A stretch of 59,344 bases of DNA from Oscillospiraceae bacterium (GTDB lineage: Bacteria; Bacillota; Clostridia; Oscillospirales; Ruminococcaceae). The notes beneath the pieces are model-generated. The model saw only the letters and a list, made by a program, of their open reading frames with translations, made no database searches and was not told where the DNA came from. How positions within the stretch are numbered: the first letter of the stretch is position 1; each line of letters opens with the position of its first letter. A program made the translations under genes and the position numbers. The DNA is taken from NCBI GenBank assembly GCA_009782265.1, contig WRJM01000001.1, forward strand, positions 1-59,344, in the 5' to 3' direction. This document shows positions 29,783-38,031 of this stretch, in pieces.

Positions 29783-30343
29783 TTATATTTGATTCAACTG
29801 TGATTTATTAAAAATCATCTTCACCGGATTATAAAGCACAATCGCTAAAACCGCATTGATTCCGCCTTTAGCTAAATTGAACGGCAGAAATAAAGGAATA
29901 AGCAATTCTGCGACGGCTTCCCGCGGCACAGGCATATAAAGGGGGGTTATAATATAGTTGGCGAACAGCATCACAGGAACCATAACCGCAATACCCACGC
30001 CAAGCCCCGCAACAGCCCAAACATTTTTTTTCTTATACCGATAAATCAATACGGCGGGAATCACGAACGAACAGGTCGCAATCATGTTCATTATAAAACC
30101 CCAATGCCCTGTTTTGCTGATAGTGAACCATTCTATAAAAGAAACAGCAAGGGACATCATAAGAGTCGCCATAGGACCATAGATAAACCCGCCAATAATA
30201 ATGATTACGTCTTTAACGTCAAGAATAGGAAAGTTGTACCCGGGTATAAGCGCGATGTTGAGTATGTTAAACACGAAAGTTACAGCATACGCCATAGCAC
30301 TTAAAAGTGCTAAAGTTACAAGGTTTTTTGTTGTGAATTTCAT
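29783..30343 (-). CDS. ribU: ECF transporter S component, probably riboflavin (RibU-like)
   Basis: Six-TM S-component pattern (IGGFIYGP, PFNLAKG); FMN riboswitch upstream; start MKFTT. Confidence 0.8.
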   Translation of the reverse strand: MKFTTKNLVTLALLSAMAYAVTFVFNILNIALIPGYNFPILDVKDVIIIIGGFIYGPMATLMMSLAVSFIEWFTISKTGHWGFIMNMIATCSFVIPAVLIYRYKKKNVWAVAGLGVGIAVMVPVMLFANYIITPLYMPVPREAVAELLIPLFLPFNLAKGGINAVLAIVLYNPVKMIFNKSQLNQI

Positions 30344-30355
30344 AAATGTACTCCC

Positions 30356-30432
30356 GTAGGGGACGACGCCCACGGCGTCCCGCAAAATTTTTATATTGCT
30401 TAACGCGGGACGCCGTGGGCGTCGTCCCCTAC
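30356..30432. repeat. GTAG-type REP doublet in the ribU leader
   Basis: gtaggggacgacgcccacggcgtcccgc / gcgggacgccgtgggcgtcgtcccctac perfect inverted pair. Confidence 0.9.
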
Positions 30433-30436
30433 AAAC

Positions 30437-30462
30437 AAAAAACCCCATGAAAATTCATGGGG
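30437..30462 (-). terminator. Riboswitch expression-platform terminator
   Basis: ccccatgaa/ttcatgggg stem followed by T6 on the minus strand. Confidence 0.75.
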
Positions 30463-30495
30463 CAGTTTCTCCTTGTAATTTAATTACAAGGATTT

Positions 30496-30751
30496 TGTTT
30501 CTCTCTTCCGGACTTGTACTTCGCTAAAGCGAAGTACGAACATTATTTCGTAATGTTCCTTCGCCTACGCAGTTGATAAACATTAAAATATAATGTTCAT
30601 TCAACTATGCAGTATATGAAGTATTTCACCGTCGGTTTCGGAATTTCACCGAATCAGCTCGTTTTAACGAAGTTAAAACAAGGTCGTAGACTTGTAGCAC
30701 GTTCGCGTGCTACTCACTACCGGTGGGGAATTTCACCCCGCCCCGAAACAT
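30496..30751 (-). ncRNA. FMN riboswitch (RFN element) with large insertion
   Basis: Minus strand: TTCGGGGCGGGGTGAAATTCCCCACCGGTAGT...GATTCGGTGAAATTCCGAAACCGACGGT...AAGTCCGGAAGAGAGAAAC. Confidence 0.9.
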
Positions 30752-30828
30752 TGAACAATTAATAATTGTTCGTAAAATTATTAAATTTTTAATTCTCTTA
30801 ATAGTAGAAAATAAGTTGAAGCGCAATC

Positions 30829-30996
30829 TCAGCTGCTGATTGCTTCAACAGGGCATACACCCGCGCACGCGCCGCAATCTATACATTTGTCAGCGTCGAT
30901 ATTGTACAGTCCTTCGCCCTCCGCAATCGCGTCCGTGGGACATTCGCCGGCGCACGCGCCGCAGGAAATGCACTTGTCGTCAATATGGTAAGCCAT
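30829..30996 (-). CDS. 2[4Fe-4S] ferredoxin
   Basis: CISCGACAGECP and CIDCGACAGVCP; AGGAGG before MAYHI. Confidence 0.95.
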   Translation of the reverse strand: MAYHIDDKCISCGACAGECPTDAIAEGEGLYNIDADKCIDCGACAGVCPVEAISS

Positions 30997-31100
30997 GATT
31001 TTCCTCCTTGTTTTATTTTTTTTCTTAGTATAACATAACAAATATAAAATGTCAATGGTTTTATGAAAACCGTTCCACCGCGTACAGTTCCGCCGCTACT

Positions 31101-31967
31101 TTAGTCCTCTAACCCTTTCAGGGCGTTAATTTCATCGCGTTCGAGCCTGATTTGGGCTTCGCGGATTACCCTGACGTCTTTGCGGTCTGCCGTAACCGGC
31201 GGCGCGTCCTTGTTTTTATCAAGCTTTATTTTTAATTTCCCGGTCAATAAATTCGATTCCTCAACCATGCCGCGCCCTTCGGCGCACTCAACATAAGCCC
31301 CGACAGTCGGCGTGATTTTCAGCAGTTCTTCATACGTGTCCTGCTCATATTTAAGACAGCACATCAGCCGTCCGCATGTGCCTGAAATTTTTGTGGGGTT
31401 CAGCGATAAGGACTGCTCCTTTGCCATTTTAATGGAAACCGGCTGGAATTCCCCCAGAAAGCTCGAACAGCACAACCCTCTGCCGCAAACACCCAAGCCG
31501 CCGAGCATTTTGGCTTCGTCGCGGACACCGATTTGCCTGAGTTCAATTCTTGTGCGGTAAATCGACGCCAAGTCCTTTACAAGTTCACGGAAATCCACGC
31601 GGCTTTCGGCGGTAAAGTAAAATAAAATCTTACTGCCGTCAAATGTGCAATCTATACCGATAGGTTTCATGGTTAGCTTGTGTTCTTCTATTTTACGTGT
31701 AAAAACATGCAGAATTTCCGCTTCTTTTTTACGGTTGGCTTCAAGCGTTTGGGTATCTCTCGGGGTTGCCGTACGCATAATATTTTTAAGAGGGGGAGTG
31801 ATTTCGCTGTCGTCAACCTCTTTGTTGGGAATCACCACTTCGCCGTATTCAACGCCGTGCGCGGTTTCAACAATGACCTTGCCGCCCATGGGTATTTTTA
31901 ATCCGCCCGGTGAAAAATAATACACCTTGCCTACATCCTTGAATCTTACGCCTACGATTTCTGCCAT
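31101..31967 (-). CDS. ricT: PSP1-domain protein RicT/YaaT
   Basis: RVDFRELVKDLA, RIELRQIGVRDEA, ISGTCGRLMCCLKYE. Confidence 0.92.
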   Translation of the reverse strand: MAEIVGVRFKDVGKVYYFSPGGLKIPMGGKVIVETAHGVEYGEVVIPNKEVDDSEITPPLKNIMRTATPRDTQTLEANRKKEAEILHVFTRKIEEHKLTMKPIGIDCTFDGSKILFYFTAESRVDFRELVKDLASIYRTRIELRQIGVRDEAKMLGGLGVCGRGLCCSSFLGEFQPVSIKMAKEQSLSLNPTKISGTCGRLMCCLKYEQDTYEELLKITPTVGAYVECAEGRGMVEESNLLTGKLKIKLDKNKDAPPVTADRKDVRVIREAQIRLERDEINALKGLED

Positions 31968-31991
31968 CTTTTGCTTCCTTTTAATTTTATT

Positions 31992-32060
31992 GTAGGGGCG
32001 AACAGTGTTCGCCCGTTACGCGGGTATTTTTTTATTCGGGCGAACATTGTTCACCCCTAC
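31992..32060. repeat. GTAG-type REP doublet
   Basis: gtaggggcgaacagtgttcgcccg / cgggcgaacattgttcacccctac. Confidence 0.85.
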
Positions 32061-32065
32061 GTTTT

Positions 32066-32860
32066 TTATTTTAATCTGCTGAAAATTCCGCTCGTCAAAT
32101 TTGTGCAAGCAAGCGCAATATTCGGATTAAACTGCAAATCGTCAATGCAGTCTAATGTGAATTTCTGTACTTCGATTAAGATTTTAATATTTGCCGTGCG
32201 GTTTTCAACGGTCAGCTTTCTTATTGCTTCGGAAATAAGTTTAAAAGCCGCGGCGGTTTCTTCGCGTGTTTTTATCTTCGTCAATGCCGCCGCCGCAAGG
32301 TATTCATTCCCTTTAACAAGCGCGGATATGAAAAGTTCCGCGGTTTCCTGTAATTCAGGAAAGCCGGGCACGCCGTTCCCTGTGTTCTGCGCGTTTATAA
32401 AAACCAAACGGGATTTAATCGTATCAAGTAAATTTTCCTTTGTTTTTACCGTGAAAATAATCCGCACATATTCCGGCGGCTCTTCCGTGAATTTTAAAAG
32501 CGCGTTCTGGCAAACCGGCGACATTTCATCAGCTTCATTAAAAATATAAACCTTTAAATCACCGTCGTTCGGGCGGAAAACCGAATCCGCCGCAACTTTC
32601 CGCACAAAATCTACTTTATATTTATTATCCGGCGATAATTCCCGAACGCGGAAAATATCGGGGTGCATTTTATTCTGCACTTTTTTGCAATTTATACACG
32701 TAAGGCAGGCAGGATTTTTTCCGCAAAGAATCGCTTTCGCCGTTTCTTCCGCAAGTTCCGCAAGCCGGCTCACATCATCGCCGATAAAGCATACGGCATG
32801 CGGAAATTTGTCTGCGGACGGGCATTTGTCTGAACCAAAAAAGTTTTGCAAACCGTTCAT
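32066..32860 (-). CDS. holB: DNA polymerase III delta-prime subunit
   Basis: C..CLTCINC zinc module, HPD, QNALLKFTEEPP, TIKSR; darA-holB-ricT synteny. Confidence 0.85.
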   Translation of the reverse strand: MNGLQNFFGSDKCPSADKFPHAVCFIGDDVSRLAELAEETAKAILCGKNPACLTCINCKKVQNKMHPDIFRVRELSPDNKYKVDFVRKVAADSVFRPNDGDLKVYIFNEADEMSPVCQNALLKFTEEPPEYVRIIFTVKTKENLLDTIKSRLVFINAQNTGNGVPGFPELQETAELFISALVKGNEYLAAAALTKIKTREETAAAFKLISEAIRKLTVENRTANIKILIEVQKFTLDCIDDLQFNPNIALACTNLTSGIFSRLK

Positions 32861-33180
32861 ACTTTTTCAAACCGCTCTATGTCGGTTACGAACACGGTCG
32901 CGCCGCCCACGCTGACTTCAACGGGGAAACCGGTGTAATTCTCTGTGCTGAAAGACGCCGCCGACGGTACGAACTGTTTGCGCTTGCGCGAACGCTCCCT
33001 GATAATCCCGATAATTTCATCCACTTTATCATCGTCCGAGCAAACCAAAAAGGTTGTATTTCCGGACATCAAAAAACCGCCGGTCGAAGCCAGCTTCGTC
33101 ACCGAAAAACCGCTTTGCGTCAGCGCATTGGAAACAGGGTGCGAATCATCATTGTTCACAATCGCATAAACTAATTTCAT
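32857..33180 (-). CDS. darA: Cyclic-di-AMP receptor DarA/PstA (PII-like)
   Basis: TKLASTGGFLMSGNTTFL, VGGATVFV; GGAGG before MKLVY. Confidence 0.92.
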   Translation of the reverse strand: MKLVYAIVNNDDSHPVSNALTQSGFSVTKLASTGGFLMSGNTTFLVCSDDDKVDEIIGIIRERSRKRKQFVPSAASFSTENYTGFPVEVSVGGATVFVTDIERFEKV

Positions 33181-33263
33181 ATTTGTACCCTCCCGTGCAA
33201 GCATTGTTTGTATTATTTATCAACACCGCCGACAAGGCGGAATTGCGTCCTGCGGCACGCAGG

Positions 33264-33752
33264 TTAATACCCATCCGAGCCGTTTAAACTTTCATCGTTC
33301 TCAATCCATTTTTCCACGTTGACTGTTTTGAATTCGTCCTTGGTCAGACGTATAATCACCGTGCCGATTCCGGCGTTGATAATCAGTCTTTTGCACATGG
33401 AGCAAGGTTCGCCGTAATCCAAAAGCTCATCTGTAACGGGGTCTTTCCCCACAAGGTAAATCGTAGCCCCGAGCATTGCGGAACGCGGCGCGGAAATAAT
33501 GCAGTTGGCTTCCGCGTGCACGGAACGGCAAAGTTCATACCTTTGTCCTTTCGGAACATTCAGCTTATCGCGCACGCAGGTGTTTAAATCGCAGCAGTTA
33601 GCGCGTCCGCGCGGTGCGCCGTTGAAGCCTGTGGATATAATTTCATCGTTTTTAACGATAATCGCGCCGTAATTTCTGCGCAGACAAGTTCCCCGCTCGC
33701 CGACGGTTTCGGCAATATCAAGATAATAATTGATTTTATCGCGTCTTTGCAT
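33264..33752 (-). CDS. dCMP deaminase family protein (ComEB-like)
   Basis: STGFNGAP, HAEAN, PCSMC. Confidence 0.9.
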   Translation of the reverse strand: MQRRDKINYYLDIAETVGERGTCLRRNYGAIIVKNDEIISTGFNGAPRGRANCCDLNTCVRDKLNVPKGQRYELCRSVHAEANCIISAPRSAMLGATIYLVGKDPVTDELLDYGEPCSMCKRLIINAGIGTVIIRLTKDEFKTVNVEKWIENDESLNGSDGY

Positions 33753-33862
33753 GACTAACCCCCTGCGGGCGGTACAATGCCGCCTTCATTATTTCAATTA
33801 TTTTATTAGATTATAACATAAATTTATTGCCCCGTCAACAAATTTATGCTATACTTAAATTT

Positions 33863-34744
33863 ATGAACCTTACATCAATCAATACGATTAAAGACTTACT
33901 CACCCGTCACGGCTTTTCTTTTTCAAAATCGCTGGGACAGAATTTCCTGATTAACCCGTCTGTCTGCCCCAAAATGCTCCCACCCGCAGGGGGCGAGCAT
34001 CATGTGTTTGCTTTCGAGATAGGCGCGGGTATCGGCGTGCTGACCAAAGAGCTTGCAAAGGTGTGCAAAAAAGTTGTCTGCGTTGAAATTGACGAAACTT
34101 TAAAACCGATTCTTGATGAAACGCTTGCCGATTGCCCGAATGTTGAAATCGTTTGGGGCGATATAATGAAGCTTGATTTAAAACAGCTTTTCATTGAAAA
34201 ATTTAACCAAAACAATGAAGTAATCTGCTGTGCCAATTTGCCGTATTACATCACTTCACCTGTGATTATGCGGCTTTTGGAAGAACGCTTGCCGCTTGCT
34301 TCAATCACCGTCATGGTACAAAAAGAAGCGGCAGTGCGGCTTTGCGCCCCGCCCGGAACAAGGGATTGCGGAGCGGTGAGCGTTGCGGTGCGGTATTACA
34401 GCGAGCCGAAAAAACTATTTGATGTGTCGAGAGGAAGCTTCATACCGTCCCCGAACGTAGACAGTGCGGTTATCCGCCTTGATGTGCGGAGCGAAAAAAG
34501 ACATGATATAGCCGATGAAGCGGTTTTTTTCCGCCTTGTCCGCGCTGCGTTCTCGCAAAGGCGCAAACAGCTTGTGAATCCGGTTTCGGCGGCGTCGAAG
34601 CAACCCAAAGAAGCAGTTAAAGCCGCGCTTGCCGCTTGCGGATTGAAAATAACAGCAAGAGCGGAAGAATTAACGCTGGAGGAGTTTATAAATTTATATA
34701 ATGCGGTGTTCGCAGGGAACACATTTATACGTTCCGAAATGTAA
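33863..34744 (+). CDS. rsmA: 16S rRNA dimethyltransferase RsmA/KsgA
   Basis: KSLGQNFL, EIGAGIG, ANLPYYITSP, FSQRRKQL; start MNLTS. Confidence 0.95.
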   Translation: MNLTSINTIKDLLTRHGFSFSKSLGQNFLINPSVCPKMLPPAGGEHHVFAFEIGAGIGVLTKELAKVCKKVVCVEIDETLKPILDETLADCPNVEIVWGDIMKLDLKQLFIEKFNQNNEVICCANLPYYITSPVIMRLLEERLPLASITVMVQKEAAVRLCAPPGTRDCGAVSVAVRYYSEPKKLFDVSRGSFIPSPNVDSAVIRLDVRSEKRHDIADEAVFFRLVRAAFSQRRKQLVNPVSAASKQPKEAVKAALAACGLKITARAEELTLEEFINLYNAVFAGNTFIRSEM

Positions 34745-34757
34745 TAATGAAATCAAT

Positions 34758-34934
34758 GTAGGGGACGATGGAAATCGTCCTGTAAATCGGGCGGATTACC
34801 TCCGCCCCTACAGACCACCCCGTCCACTTCGCGTCCACCCCTCCAAGGAGGGGAATTTAACTCGTTTAAAAGGAAAATTATTCCCCTCCTGTGGAGGGGT
34901 GGCATCCAGTCCGCAGACTGGTTGACGGGGTGGT
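34758..34934. repeat. REP cluster: GTAG doublet (34758-34811) plus ACCACCCCG-family element (34814-34934)
   Basis: gtaggggacg..cgcccctac followed by accaccccgtc..ccacccctcc..ggaggggtgg..gacggggtggt nested palindromes. Confidence 0.8.
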
Positions 34935-35016
34935 TTGTAAACACACATTATAAACATTACCCGCGTGTTAATACACAAATCTATTATAATTTATTAATAT
35001 TAAGGAACGAACCCCC

Positions 35017-36036
35017 ATGAAAATATTAGGAATCGAAACCTCCTGCGACGAAACCGCCGCCGCCGTTGTTGAAGACGGGCGCAAAATATTGTCGAATATA
35101 ATCGCTTCTCAGATTGACGCGCATAAGCTTTACGGCGGCGTCGTACCCGAAATCGCTTCACGTCTGCACTGCGAAAATATAATCGGCGTGTGTGAGGAAG
35201 CACTTGAAAAAGCAGGGTGTAAACTTGATGAAGTTGACGCGATTGCCGTTACAAATGCGCCCGGTTTAATCGGTGCGCTTTTAGTCGGCGTGAACTTTGC
35301 AAAAGGGCTTGCGCTTGCCGCCGGTAAGCCGCTGATTCCCGTGCATCATATTAAAGCCCATGCCGCCGCGAATTATCTTGTATACCCTGATTTCGCCCCG
35401 CCTTATTTATGTTTAACGGTTTCAGGCGGGCATAGTCAGATTATGGAAGTTAGAAGTTATACGGATTTTAAAGTTATCGGACGGAGCATTGACGATGCGG
35501 CGGGTGAAGCGTTTGATAAAGCCGCCCGTGCGCTCGGTTTTCCGTACCCGGGCGGTGTTTATATTGACCGGTGTGCCTCCGGACGCAATATATTGATTGA
35601 TTCTAAAAAGTATCCGTTACCTTTTCCGAAAACCCCGAACCCGTTTGATTTCAGCTTTTCCGGGCTTAAGACCGCTGTTATTAACTTAATACACAACGCG
35701 GAACAGCGCGGTGAAACGCTTGATAAGGATTCTTTAGCCGGAAGCTTTCAATATACGGTCTGCGATATTCTTGTCAGTAAATTAATAAACGCCGCTTTAA
35801 AATACGGCGGCGGTTCAACGCAAATAGCGGTTACGGGCGGTGTTGCGGCGAATTCCTGCCTACGGGAAATGCTTACGGAACGTATGCGGGAACATTTTGA
35901 AAAAGCACCCTTCTTCCCGCCCCTGCCCTTATGCGGGGATAATGCCGCCATGGTCGCCGCGCAGGGTTATTATGAATTCAAAGCAGGAAATACGGCAAAT
36001 ATGACGCTAAACGCTTTTGCTTCTTTTGAATTGTAG
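35017..36036 (+). CDS. tsaD: tRNA threonylcarbamoyltransferase TsaD
   Basis: LGIETSCDET, GGVVPEIASR, HHIKAH, SGGHS, DDAAGEAFDK, DNAAM. Confidence 0.97.
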   Translation: MKILGIETSCDETAAAVVEDGRKILSNIIASQIDAHKLYGGVVPEIASRLHCENIIGVCEEALEKAGCKLDEVDAIAVTNAPGLIGALLVGVNFAKGLALAAGKPLIPVHHIKAHAAANYLVYPDFAPPYLCLTVSGGHSQIMEVRSYTDFKVIGRSIDDAAGEAFDKAARALGFPYPGGVYIDRCASGRNILIDSKKYPLPFPKTPNPFDFSFSGLKTAVINLIHNAEQRGETLDKDSLAGSFQYTVCDILVSKLINAALKYGGGSTQIAVTGGVAANSCLREMLTERMREHFEKAPFFPPLPLCGDNAAMVAAQGYYEFKAGNTANMTLNAFASFEL

Positions 36037-36056
36037 TAAAAGTAGATAAAATTTAT

Positions 36057-36112
36057 TTTGTGTTTTCCCCGCCGTAGGCAGGGAAAACACAAAGAAAAAC
36101 TCCTACTGTTTA
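36057..36112. repeat. CCCCGC-GCGGGG hairpin family copy with conserved tail
   Basis: tttgtgttttccccgcc..gggaaaacacaaa..ctactgtt; near copy at 54570-54623, half copy at 29654-29682. Confidence 0.7.
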
Positions 36113-36128
36113 TTTCAAAAGTAATAAA

Positions 36129-36926
36129 TCAATAATTGATTTTGATTTTTTCCGCGTAATAAAACACGAATTCCGTAATCGTCGGCACGCCCTTTAACGG
36201 ATTGATTCTTGCTTTATAATGTTTCTTCAATAACTCAATGTTTGAATTTTTCCATGTGCTGTTAATCGCGTTTTGAACAGAACGTTCAATCGTGGAGGGT
36301 GATTTTTTATATTTCGCGCTTAAATATTTTGAAAGATTAGGTTCGGGATTTGAAATCGTTTTAATAATACCGTCTATTAAATATCTTCTGCCGGACATTT
36401 TATGGCTGACACCGATTAAATCCATTTCGGTGTGAATTTTTTTCAAAAGCTTTTTATCAAGCTCTTCTCTTTCATGTATAGACAAAAAATCACGGGGCGA
36501 AGCGGACATGCTTTTTTTCTTTTTGCCGTGTATTACGCTTTTTACAGACTTGAGAAGTTCGATTACATTTTCGGCATTATAATCATCCTGATATTTAGAC
36601 ATGATAAAATCAGCACCTTGTTCCCTGACTAACTCATGCGTAAGCTTGCTTATATTGTTAGTAGTAATCAGTATATAAGGATAAATTACAGGATTCAATG
36701 CCCGTAATTTTTGCATGAAAAAAATACCGTTGCCGCTTCCGTTATGCAGTTCTATATCAAGAATAACTGCATCCGGAACACAATCGGAAACCAATTCAAT
36801 CGCCATATCAGAGCTGTTCGACACACCGACAAGACGTATACCGTCCGTGTTTTCCGCGCATTTAATTAGATTTTTACATTCCTCGGGGTCGTCTTCCACA
36901 AGCAAAACTCTAAGGTCGTTTTCCAT
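36129..36926 (-). CDS. Spo0A-like response regulator (diverged paralogue)
   Basis: REC domain (VEDD, VILDIEL) plus Spo0A-type C-terminus (LIGV..GRRYL, STIERSVQNAI, KGVPTITEF). Confidence 0.8.
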   Translation of the reverse strand: MENDLRVLLVEDDPEECKNLIKCAENTDGIRLVGVSNSSDMAIELVSDCVPDAVILDIELHNGSGNGIFFMQKLRALNPVIYPYILITTNNISKLTHELVREQGADFIMSKYQDDYNAENVIELLKSVKSVIHGKKKKSMSASPRDFLSIHEREELDKKLLKKIHTEMDLIGVSHKMSGRRYLIDGIIKTISNPEPNLSKYLSAKYKKSPSTIERSVQNAINSTWKNSNIELLKKHYKARINPLKGVPTITEFVFYYAEKIKINY

Positions 36927-36965
36927 AGAAAAGTCCTCCGTCCGAAGCGGGTTTTATTTTAAGTT

Positions 36966-37069
36966 ATACTAATCCCGATTATAAAAGCTCTTAAAAATTT
37001 ATGCAAAAAGCTTGCGTTTATGGGTTTTTGTACGGATTTTTCAGAAAGCTTTTAATGAGGGATTAGTAT
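36966..37069. mobile_element. 104-bp MITE-like palindromic element, copy A
   Basis: Ends atactaatccc/gggattagtat; close to the reverse complement of 49535-49638. Confidence 0.75.
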
Positions 37070-37152
37070 TAATTATATAACAATTTTATTCGTTTTGCAA
37101 TACATTTAAAAATCAAAAACCGCAAACTCGCTTACAATGCGGATTTACGGTT

Positions 37153-37183
37153 TAAGAAAAGAGGGAGGATAGAGGGGCTCGAA
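37153..37183. repeat. att site distal to the tRNA (duplicated tRNA-His 3' end)
   Basis: taagaaaagagggaggatagaggggctcgaa, identical to 46375-46405; imperfect similarity extends ~40 bp to the left. Confidence 0.92.
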
Positions 37184-37298
37184 AAGGCTTAAAGGCATTT
37201 TCTGATTTCTGTTAATCCCCGCTAAACAGCACTAATTCACACTTTACACCTAATATTAGTTTACTGAACTTAACTAATTTATAGTGATTTTTAACCAC

Positions 37299-37322
37299 CG
37301 TAAACGCCAAATAAACGCCAAA
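37299..37322. promoter_or_regulatory. Putative integrase arm-type sites
   Basis: cg(taaacgccaaa)x2, identical to 46293-46316. Confidence 0.7.
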
Positions 37323-37415
37323 AATAACAAAAACAATTCAACGGCGTGTTTTTTACTAAAAACTTTTTGCTCCCTTTAAGGGGGCTTTTCTTTGCCTGTT
37401 TATAATAAGTTTACA

Positions 37416-37496
37416 TTAAAAACGCCTTTTTGTCAAACCTTTTATAAAAAAAGCGGCAAGGGTCTGCGGATTGTTAAAGTAATTTGTAGTTTTCAT
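37416..37496 (-). pseudogene. Short ORF or gene remnant with strong RBS
   Basis: GAAAGGA then MKTTNYFNNPQTLAAFFIKGLTKRRF*. Confidence 0.35.
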
Positions 37497-37566
37497 GGTG
37501 CTTTTCCTTTCAAATCAAATAATTATTATATTTCGGGTTATACCATATAAAAAGAACGGCTAAAGG

Positions 37567-37755
37567 CTACGCTTTACCGCTCTTTTTTTCGTTTAAACAG
37601 GATTCAATCATTGAAATAACAACATTATTAAATGATGTGTCGTTGTTTTCGGCGATTTTATTAATTTTTTCTATCAGATTATCGGCAATATATAACGTTT
37701 TATAGGAGCATTTAACCTTTTCTTTGGTCTTTTTCAGCTTCCAGTTCAAAAGCAC
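37567..37755 (-). CDS. Small ribbon-helix-helix-like DNA-binding protein
   Basis: KTLYI strand followed by two helices (LIEKINKIA, SFNNVVISMIESCL); GAAAGGCGG before GTG. Confidence 0.65.
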   Translation of the reverse strand: MLLNWKLKKTKEKVKCSYKTLYIADNLIEKINKIAENNDTSFNNVVISMIESCLNEKKSGKA

Positions 37756-37803
37756 ATCACCGCCTTTCTAATATACATTATAAGGCAATATTCACATATA
37801 ATC

Positions 37804-37860
37804 TACATTAGAAATATCTAATGTATTTATGTTGACAGCTTTTTTATCCTGTGTTATAAT
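37804..37860 (+). promoter_or_regulatory. Palindromic operator plus consensus sigma-A promoter
   Basis: tacattaga-aata-tctaatgta (37804-37825); TTGACA-17-TATAAT (37832-37860). Confidence 0.7.
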
Positions 37861-38031
37861 TTTAAAAGTAACCCGTCAATATATGACAAATATAAACAAG
37901 AAAAGCAATTAAACGTTTGTAGTTTTATGTGCAATAGTAACAAATCAGAAAAATTCTATAAAAAAATTAGACCTCGCACCCTGCTAAACCGTCTATCTTA
38001 TGAACGGCAAAAAAACCAAAGGAGTAAATCA

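Noticed and set aside
32066-32860. holB as a pseudogene (short, no Walker A)
   Set aside because: Delta-prime is naturally ATPase-inactive; frame intact with zinc module and SR motif in normal synteny.
37355-37400. c-di-GMP-I riboswitch-like GGCAAA...GCAAA on the minus strand
   Set aside because: Lacks the GAAA-capped P2 and the P3 stem; reads better as a plus-strand terminator (gctccc/ggggc plus T run).
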